In this document: one piece after another, positions 35,372 to 43,854 of the stretch
Numbering within the stretch: position 1 is the stretch's first letter
Layout: each line of letters begins with the position of its first letter
Assembly (NCBI RefSeq): GCF_001194135.2
Contig: NC_068991.1
Location: 66,488,291-66,532,144, forward strand
Direction: 5' to 3'
DNA: 43,854 nucleotides
From: Octopus bimaculoides
Taxonomy: Eukaryota
Program-made: the position numbers and the translations under genes
Notes under the pieces: generated by a model
Databases searched by the model: none
What the model saw: the letters and a program-made list of their open reading frames with translations, nothing else
Told to the model about the DNA's origin: nothing

Positions 35372-36178
35372 GTAACACAGCGTAGGTAAAAATGCACCGG
35401 AGTCTTTAGTCATCTGTCAAGTCACAAGGACATCAGACAGATAATACTTTCCTTAAGATGTGCGCTGTGCCCAATAACGCTGCTTTTTGCAAGACATCAA
35501 CTTTGCATGGGATTTCCAGTTGCCTTAAGAAGTCTTGAAGTTTCAATGGGATTGAGTCCAACGCTCCGATCACCACTGGTATCCCTTTAACATTATCCTC
35601 TCGCATTCCATACAGTATTGCCATTTCCACTTTCAATTTGGAGTACTTGGTGATTTTTCAACCTCTTTACTCACAACATTTATGTAATTTGGTATGGCTG
35701 CATCAATGATCTGACAGTATTTGTCTCTCTTATTCAATGTGACAATATCCAGCTGACGGTGTTCGATTACACGATCCGTCTGAAAATCATAGTCCCAGAA
35801 TATCGTTACTTTTCCAGAGGACGAATTAGTATTGACCATTGCAAAAGGAGTGAAAGGAGAACGCTTGCCGAGTATTTGATAAATCGTTATGAAGACCTGC
35901 TGCAATATGCCGCGAAAAATATGGGTGTAAATGCAGATGAAATGATGGGCAAGGAAGAGATTAACCAAAGAGTTGAGAAGAGAAACGTAGACTTTGAAAT
36001 GATTATTCATGCACAGTTTGAAAGGAATACACAGGACGTTAAGGATAATACAGCATCGTGGTGATGGCTTGAGCGAGGTGATTTGAAGTGTACCACCGAA
36101 AGCTGGATCATTACTCCACAAGACCAGGCTCTCTCTACCAATTTAGTGAAATATAAAATCTATAAAACTTCTTACACC
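35371..36178 (-). mobile_element. RLE-type LINE 3' end (35371-~35840, minus) joined to an oppositely oriented upstream segment (~35845-36178, plus); (GAA)n tail at 35270-35371
   Basis: Minus: VTIFWDYDFQTDRVIEHRQLDIV..KYCQIIDAAIP..KGIPVVIGALDSIP..GTAHILRKVLSV*. Plus: IHAQFERNTQ..WLERGDLKCTTESWIITPQDQALSTN. Confidence 0.85.
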
Positions 36179-37103
36179 NNNNNNNNNNNNNNNNNNNNNN
36201 NNNNNNNNNNNNNNNNNNNNNNNNNNNNNNNNNNNNNNNNNNNNNNNNNNNNNNNNNNNNNNNNNNNNNNNNNNNNNNNNNNNNNNNNNNNNNNNNNNNN
36301 NNNNNNNNNNNNNNNNNNNNNNNNNNNNNNNNNNNNNNNNNNNNNNNNNNNNNNNNNNNNNNNNNNNNNNNNNNNNNNNNNNNNNNNNNNNNNNNNNNNN
36401 NNNNNNNNNNNNNNNNNNNNNNNNNNNNNNNNNNNNNNNNNNNNNNNNNNNNNNNNNNNNNNNNNNNNNNNNNNNNNNNNNNNNNNNNNNNNNNNNNNNN
36501 NNNNNNNNNNNNNNNNNNNNNNNNNNNNNNNNNNNNNNNNNNNNNNNNNNNNNNNNNNNNNNNNNNNNNNNNNNNNNNNNNNNNNNNNNNNNNNNNNNNN
36601 NNNNNNNNNNNNNNNNNNNNNNNNNNNNNNNNNNNNNNNNNNNNNNNNNNNNNNNNNNNNNNNNNNNNNNNNNNNNNNNNNNNNNNNNNNNNNNNNNNNN
36701 NNNNNNNNNNNNNNNNNNNNNNNNNNNNNNNNNNNNNNNNNNNNNNNNNNNNNNNNNNNNNNNNNNNNNNNNNNNNNNNNNNNNNNNNNNNNNNNNNNNN
36801 NNNNNNNNNNNNNNNNNNNNNNNNNNNNNNNNNNNNNNNNNNNNNNNNNNNNNNNNNNNNNNNNNNNNNNNNNNNNNNNNNNNNNNNNNNNNNNNNNNNN
36901 NNNNNNNNNNNNNNNNNNNNNNNNNNNNNNNNNNNNNNNNNNNNNNNNNNNNNNNNNNNNNNNNNNNNNNNNNNNNNNNNNNNNNNNNNNNNNNNNNNNN
37001 NNNNNNNNNNNNNNNNNNNNNNNNNNNNNNNNNNNNNNNNNNNNNNNNNNNNNNNNNNNNNNNNNNNNNNNNNNNNNNNNNNNNNNNNNNNNNNNNNNNN
37101 NNN

Positions 37104-37167
<64 letters not shown>

Positions 37168-37168
<1 letters not shown>

Positions 37169-37760
37169 CTTCGTAACACGGTGTAGGTAAAAATGCACCG
37201 GAGTCTTTAGTCATCTGTCAAGTCACAATAAGGACCTCAGACCGATAATACTTTCCTTAAGATGTGCGCTGTGCCCAATAAGGTTGCTTTTTGTAATCTT
37301 GCATGGGATTTCCAGCTGCCTTAAGAAGTCATGAAGTTTCAATGGGATTGAGCCCAACTCTCCGATCACCACTGGTATCCCTTTTACATTACCCTCTCGC
37401 ATTCCATACAGTCTTGCCATTTCCACTTTCAATTCGGAGTACTTGGTGATTTTTTCAACCTCTTTACTCACAACACTCATGTTATTTGTTATGGCTGCAT
37501 CAATGATCTGACAGTATTTGTCTTTCTATTTGTCTTTCCGTGACTTCTTTCTAGCTTTGCTCTTTCCTCACATTCAATAAGGGTATCGTACTCTTCCTTC
37601 GTCCACTTATGACTTTTTTTTTTGTTCTGTTCACACCGTGTATGTAACCTGTTGTGTGACATAACGACCGTCCGAGGCCAGATCACTGCCCTTGATGTGG
37701 GCGGTTTCGGATGTGCCCGGCGGGAAACCTTCACCATGATCGGCTATAGCCGTTAATTCT
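37168..37760 (-). mobile_element. Internally deleted R4-like element (N-terminal KWTKEE region fused to the RLE 3' end) with (TAA)n tail
   Basis: HKWTKEEYDTLIEC directly joined to KYCQIIDAAI..EKITKYSELKVEMARLYGMREGNVKGIPVVIG; 3' part closely similar to 35371-35730. Confidence 0.82.
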
Positions 37761-37866
37761 TTCCCTGTTGTGTATATCTATTTGTCTGTTTGTTTGTCTA
37801 TCTGTCTGTCTATCTACATACTTATGAGCACATGAATACATTAATTAAAGTAAATTAATGACTTAC

Positions 37867-38233
37867 CTCTGTTTTGGAATAATTTATCTATGATATAGAC
37901 TGAACTCCTTCCTTTCAGTTGATCTCCTTTCTTTACTAATCCTTCCAAAATCATTTCAGTTTTACATACAAACACGAAAGTATAAGGACCAATTTTGAGT
38001 CTAAAAATATCTCCATACTGTTTTTGGAGATCTTTCAACATTAAATAAAAATCAGTAACGGAAACCATCTGAAGTAGATTTCCAATTATTGGAAAAGCTA
38101 TTGGACCCGGTGGTAAATTGTAGTTACATTTTGGTAGTGTCATAAGCCATCGTATAATCAGTAAAATCACTAATCCAAATAATAAACTTTGGACATTAAC
38201 GTTCTCTGTAAAATATAATGCTGAAACATGCAT
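37867..38233 (-). CDS. CYP-A exon 1: membrane anchor and proline hinge (MHVSALYF...LPPGPIAFPIIGNLLQ...YGDIFRLKIGP...KLFQNR)
   Basis: Hydrophobic N-terminus then PPGP/GNL motif typical of microsomal clan-2 P450s; donor AACAGAG|GTAAGT. Confidence 0.92.
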
Positions 38234-38539
38234 AGTAAAGGTTATTGTTGCGATAATGTTGTCTTCAATACAGCTGATTATGTTTTACTCAGAATCAAAA
38301 TTCCTTAAACTAATGCCGTTAAACTCCAGTATGTCATTTTACACGTATATTAAAAGAGGTTATCATTAGTTACGCATATATTATGTTATAGCTGTAAACA
38401 ATCCGATAATAACTAGGTAAATTGGCGCTTACATTTTCTTTACTGATAACAGCACGTTATATGTATTTGATTAGATTGCTATAAAAATATTGTATTGAGT
38501 CCAAACAATATTTTGTAACTTATTTGTTTTATTCGTCGA

Positions 38540-38990
38540 GTTATAGCAAAAGCTGGCTAATATTCAAAGTAGAATCCGTTGTGTTGCACTGTCTGAAGCC
38601 ACTTTTCTGTCAGTTCTTCAATCCCACGCTGATTCCAGTTCTTGCCCTTCGAGGTGAAGAACTTCACTGGAGCTTCCAACTCCTCCTTGTTGATGAAGCA
38701 TCGCAAGCGCAGGAAGTAGGGCCATGTATCAGAAGAATAATAATCCGATGGAACTAAGTCCAGACTATATATCAGTTCAATTCCCTCAAATTCCTGGAGT
38801 TTATTCTGGGTCGTTCGAGCGGTATGAGATCTTGCGTTGTCTTGCTGCAGATAAAGTCGCTTTCTGTTAACCGAATGCCAGGTATTTTTGCCGTACAATG
38901 GCATACACCAGCTCCAATTGTACGGAGTACAGGTTGGCATTGATGGTTCAACCGTGTGGAACGAACACGTAGCGAATTATTCCCTCATAA
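38540..38990 (-). mobile_element. Mariner transposase C-terminal remnant
   Basis: LQQDNARSHTAR, YSLDLVPSDYY, RGIEELTEKW..V..NG.YFEY*. Confidence 0.88.
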
Positions 38991-39069
38991 TTACACAAAA
39001 CACTTGGTGACATTTTCCAGAAACTAGCCCTTGCTTTACTACTGCATGTGCACGTTAGGATGGTGGGGA

Positions 39070-39260
39070 AATATTTCCCTCGGATTATTACTTGTTCCGA
39101 TCCATGGCACTCACGATGCTTCATCAACGAAAAAGAATTTCAGTGAAGGAGTTCTTTGCCATGGCGAACAAGAACTACTATCAGCGTGGGATCAAATAAA
39201 TAGCAGAAAGGTGACTCCAGACGGTGCAACACGATGGCAAGATATTGCAAAACTTTTGAC
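39070..39260 (+). mobile_element. Second mariner 3' remnant, opposite orientation, related to 38557-38760
   Basis: PSDYYLFRSMA..CFINEK..KNYYQRGI; shared nucleotide blocks CGATGCTTCATCAAC and ATCAGCGTGGGAT. Confidence 0.75.
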
Positions 39261-39639
39261 TCAACACAATATTATTTCCATATTTCTCGTCTTGGAGCTA
39301 CACAAAAATAAAACAAGAATATTTTTGCCGGAGCTATACAACAACACTCTCACTAACTTACCAGTTATTAGTCAGTAGATTTGGTAAATCTAGTATCTAA
39401 CCACGTATCATGATAGAATATTCTTTGGTCCTCGTATTTTCAATGCGTCCGTATTAACTGTTTTGAATGAATCACTTCTTATTTCGCAACTGTGTACATG
39501 TTCTATTAGAACAGTATTATACAATGGTCAACTTTTATGGACGTCTATGTGATTAAAGTGACTCGAATGTTTAAAATACTTTACAGGTTCGACATGTTAA
39601 ATTAGAAAAATGAGTGAATGGCAGTAAATATAGTTACAT

Positions 39640-40735
39640 ATCATTTACCAGGTTGAGTCAAATGTTTTTTTCGCATTTTCACTGATGATTTTTGGTTATT
39701 TGTACATCATTTGTACAAATAGCCAACAATCATCAGTGAACATTCTTAATTTTTGTATATAACATAAAAACGTTATTTGTTTATTCTTTATTTTACAGCT
39801 TTGATAATGAGAGGTGAAAAAATTGAAAGATGAGCCATTTTATGCTACCTGTAGAAAAAAAGGACTGCAAACTGCAAAGGTAGTGTCAAAAGAAATTAAT
39901 GATGTGGAAATTCCAGGAAGTGGTACAAAAGTGGTTCAGATGCGTCAAGGTAACTTACACCAGCCTCGAAGACAAATTAAGGTCAGGAAGACATTCTGTT
40001 GCGAGAGATGAGGCCTTGCTTGAAAATTTTGAACAATGGCCAAGCACTAGTATTCTTACGTTGTCGGAAGAACTTGGTTCTTCAAAGCATAATCAATCGT
40101 TATCTCCATAAGCTCAGCTTTGGGAACAAATACTGTCAACAAAATCCTCATAAACTAACCAACGACCGCGGCTCAGCGGCTGGAAAATCCTCGTGATGCC
40201 CGTTTTTGTTTCCGAATTGTAACTGGGGATGAAAATGGATGTTTTCATAATACCAATAAGGGAAATAAGTGACTTAGTTCTGTTTAGACTTCAAAACCTG
40301 TTGTCAAACAAGAGTGGTTTGAACAAAGGGTCATATTGTGTGTTTGTGGGAAGTTGGGGGGGTTGATGCTCTTTGAGCTTGTCTCAGGTGGTCATGCTGT
40401 AAACATTAACTTTTACGCATAATAACTTCAGCAAGTGTATAATACTTTGAAAGCCCGCAATTCGGTATTGGTCAATCGAAGACGTGCGTTCCTGCCGTAT
40501 GACAATGCCCCTGCGCACACTACTAATATGACAAGCGCAAACTTGAGGGAGTTGAGGGGTTGGAAATGCTGCATCACCCTATCTACAGTCCAGACCTTGC
40601 ACCTTCAGATTACCCCTTTTCCGAGGCATGACTCATTTCTTGCACAAATGGCGTTTCAATAATGTGGATGAGGTTGGAAACGAGTGTAGGGAGTTTTTAG
40701 CCTCTAAACCAGTCAAATGGTATAAGCCACATTCT
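39640..40735 (+). mobile_element. Decayed mariner transposase, near full-length
   Basis: LEDKLRSGRH, RIVTGDE, YDNAPAHT, YSPDLAPSDY motifs across frameshifts; no intact TIR pair recognised. Confidence 0.88.
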
Positions 40736-41856
40736 CGCGTAATGTCTGATAGTACGTCCCATATCTAAGTTTAACAACACTGACGACTATCAGCTGTCGG
40801 TTTATTATCCTACTTTTTCAATATCACATGTAACGTAGTAACGAGCGAAATTTGACGTGATAGTACGACCTGTCTGAAGATAACAGCGAATAATCACTAA
40901 CTGTGATTATTAGATAGAACGTTATTTACTATAAATTATAAATGTTTTATTGGAAATTACGAGATGGATGTTCCATTATGGCATTATAGTGTTGTTAATA
41001 GATGTGGTCGGTGTATTTGGAAAATCAGTAGACTAAGGCATACCTAGTCAACGAAAGAACTTCTGTGTGGTTGGTCGACCTTCAAGAAATGACAGCTACA
41101 ACTTCCGCGAGTCACTCAGATACTACTGTTTCAGAAACGGTAAGGCACTTTGGATAATGTCCTCCGAATCACTCTGTCCAAAAAGCAAGGCAAAAGAAAA
41201 CCGTATCCAAAGCAGATGGGATAATTAAGACTTAAAAAGCTTTTAACCATAGGTCTGCTCCAACAGGGTCAAACTTGAAGCAAACCAGAAACAAATCATA
41301 CACTACCAATTTAATGTGAGAAAGACGCGGGAGAACGTAACCCCTGTGTCTTCTTGTTTCTTCGATTAAACTGAAAGAAAAGGAGACAAACAATGGGCAC
41401 AGGGGGAAGAACTTGTATGATATGTTTGCTGTATTAAATATTACTATCATTATAATTTCAACAGACTTAGTTATAGTTATCTATAGCTTTATTTTCGTTG
41501 AATTATACAAAAGAGTATAGCGCAATTAGCAAAATAGTGAAGGCTCTAACTCGAGGAAATTACAATATCAAAGTTTTAAAGGAAAAGGTAAACATTACTC
41601 GAAGTTTTGTCTATTTCTAATCTCTATATATCATGATGCATGCCTACAGATAGTTCTCATGATATATCAGTCTAGGTATATAACCATGTGTGTCAATGTA
41701 ATAAAATCTAAAGAAAGGAAACATAGACAAATACAATAATTCACGATCGTATTCTGCGAAGATATAGCACCTCAGCTTTCAAAGAGATACATTTTCAGTT
41801 ATATCTAGTATACCTTGAATAGGTACGCTAAAACACATATATATCACTGACGTATA

Positions 41857-42035
41857 TCACAATGCTGTTGCACGGATATTATCATTCACTGGAACATAAG
41901 TGATGCCAAATTGCTTGCCTTCTATTGTCATTGGTGTTTTGGTAGGTTTTTCCAACTGAAATTTCTGTAAGATGTTTGTAAAAGTTATGAAAGCTTCCAT
42001 ATTAGCCAGTGACACTCCTGCACACATTCTTGGAC
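41857..42035 (-). CDS. CYP-B last exon (GPRMCAGVSLANMEAFITFTNILQKFQLEKPTKTPMTIEGKQFGITYVPVNDNIRATAL*)
   Basis: Completes FSLGPRMCAG heme motif; 179 nt to TGA; equivalent to CYP-A exon 8. Confidence 0.93.
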
Positions 42036-42113
42036 CTACAAATAAAGCAGATGTTACAAATAAAACGATATACATACACGTGTGTTAACATGGGATAAAA
42101 TTTGAATATATTT

Positions 42114-42144
<31 letters not shown>

Positions 42145-42960
42145 CTCACAAACACACACACTCACATAATACATTTATAATTAAGATATAAACATAGGTT
42201 CATTGAATAAATTTAAATATCACAGCTTTTGCATTTCACTATTAATGCTTATTCATCGTACATAAGGACTATGAGCCTGAAAATGGTTTAGAGCAGTAGT
42301 CAATATTTACAAAGTTGACAAGCCGTCATTGACTTCAGTTTAGGTGTAAAGATCTTTCCTTTGTGAAGTCGAACAAACTTCCATTCATAGACAAACACGC
42401 CCTGACCAAAGTCAGACGTGAGAAATAGATTTTCATGAAACAGCAACCAAGGTTATTTAAATACGCGTGGCGCCTTCTGGATGGCTGTTAATATAAGGCA
42501 GGTAACTGTCTCCTCACTGCATGGAAGATAGTCGCAAATTTAAATTTGAAATCGAGGAATCAAGGAATTTTATTCAAAATATTTTACTAGATGTATAAGA
42601 AAAGGGAAATAATCGAGGTTTGCTGATAGAAAAACATGACATACTTTGGAAAAACGAAAGACCAAATATTTGTTTAGAGATGATTTAGTAGAATATCAAT
42701 GCTATTTTGTTGTAATGATAAATATCAATACCTACTTCAAGAAGATTTGAAGTAGATAACTGTTTTGTACAGTGTCTACTAATGTCAAACCAACAATGGC
42801 GATTCTACAATATAATAAGCTAAATCTCTCTAAGAAAACATAGATTAAAAAGTCATTAGCTAGTATAGCTCTAGATAGACACAAATGCTGTGTTGGCCAC
42901 GATTGGCATGCTTTTGATTATAAATTTGCTGTATCATTAGAATCTATTTAAACTACTTAC

Positions 42961-43167
42961 CCAAAGAGAAAGGCATAAAAGCCTCATTTTTCTTTAACTC
43001 GTTATTTTCTCCAATCCATCTTTCTGGTCGGAATTCCTCTGGTTTATCCCAATAATCCGGATCAAAATGAGCATTCGTTAACATGAATGAAACAACAGTG
43101 TTTTTAGGAATATCATAACCGCCAAGAGTTGTGTCTACCTCTGCAGTGTGTGGAGCACTTATTGGAG
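42961..43167 (-). CDS. CYP-B PERW exon (APISAPHTAEVDTTLGGYDIPKNT...YWDKPEEFRPERWIGENNELKKNEAFMPFSL)
   Basis: 207 nt open frame, canonical splice sites, equivalent to CYP-A exon 7. Confidence 0.93.
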
Positions 43168-43646
43168 CTGGTAAAGAGAATTATTGTAAATATTAACAAT
43201 GCTGAAATTAACGATAATCTGAAGTGAAATACGTTACTAAGAGCATCACAGTATCTTTGATGATATAATTATTTTGTGACACCTCATAAGCATTAGTTAA
43301 TATAGATTTGTGTTGAAAGAAGCCAGTGTTGCAACATTAGAGATCTGAGCTTATGTAACACTGGATTGACAAAATGTTGTAATGCAACAATAAAGATTAG
43401 AGCTGAAAGAGAATCGTTCATGTCAGAATGAGTTGGCCTATTAGGATGGTAGAACCAACTACGTTTGAGATTATATTGCAAACGAGTTTACTGATATCAA
43501 ACGGATTTCTCTTAAATGTTTTAAAGTAATGGAACAATACGAATGTAAAAGCTTTGACACGAATATCATTAGCATACTGAATTAAGTTAGACGTGAATTA
43601 CAGAAGATATTGTTGCATTATAAAAGTTGCATGACAGCCTACTTAC

Positions 43647-43743
43647 CAACTGTCGCAATTCTGTGAATCTCAAGAAGAGTTGCTGCAACGTATGTCATAT
43701 GTGGTTTGTCTTCCATTGTAACAGGTCGGTTCAGATTGGTGAT
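43647..43743 (-). CDS. CYP-B (tandem paralogue) K-helix exon (ITNLNRPVTMEDKPHMTYVAATLLEIHRIATV)
   Basis: 97 nt, EIHR, tttcag|...|gtaagt; equivalent to CYP-A exon 6; upstream exons lie beyond the window. Confidence 0.93.
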
Positions 43744-43797
43744 CTGAAAAAGATAAGCCATTACAAAAGACATAATTCATACATTTATATATACAAA

Positions 43798-43854
<57 letters not shown>

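Noticed and set aside
30328-37214. ORFs of 330-420 aa across 30447-31366 and 36179-37103
   Set aside because: Almost entirely N gap plus trinucleotide repeats

Overview
Eukaryotic, AT-rich, microsatellite- and gap-rich genomic DNA. The SINE families and repeat density resemble an Octopus/cephalopod assembly, which is my inference. The only intact host gene I can build is an 8-exon cytochrome P450 on the minus strand (CYP-A, 38233->17520, 1497 nt CDS, 498 aa, CYP2-clan-like). All its introns are GT-AG with matching phases, and the PPGP, WxxxR, AGTDTT, ExxR, PERW and FxxGxRxCxG motifs are present. A tandem paralogue (CYP-B) lies upstream in the same orientation; only its last three exons (43743->41857) fall in the window. 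The rest is mostly mobile DNA: many decayed R4/Dong-like (RT plus restriction-like endonuclease) LINE pieces stacked against (TAA)n/(GAA)n/(TACA)n arrays, three tRNA-derived SINE families, mariner remnants, a Penelope-like fragment, a Helitron fragment and a 649-bp MITE with perfect TIRs, an 8-bp TSD and internal telomere repeats. There is no CRISPR array, rRNA or prokaryotic system. I cannot support a novel multi-gene system here. The best leads are replacement-biased divergence of the CYP paralogues, the telomere-repeat MITE, an orphan P-type ATPase phosphorylation-motif snippet, a 127-bp foldback, and unusual rearrangements of the R4-like LINEs. All alignments and counts were done by eye, and TE boundaries are approximate unless a TSD or TIR is given.
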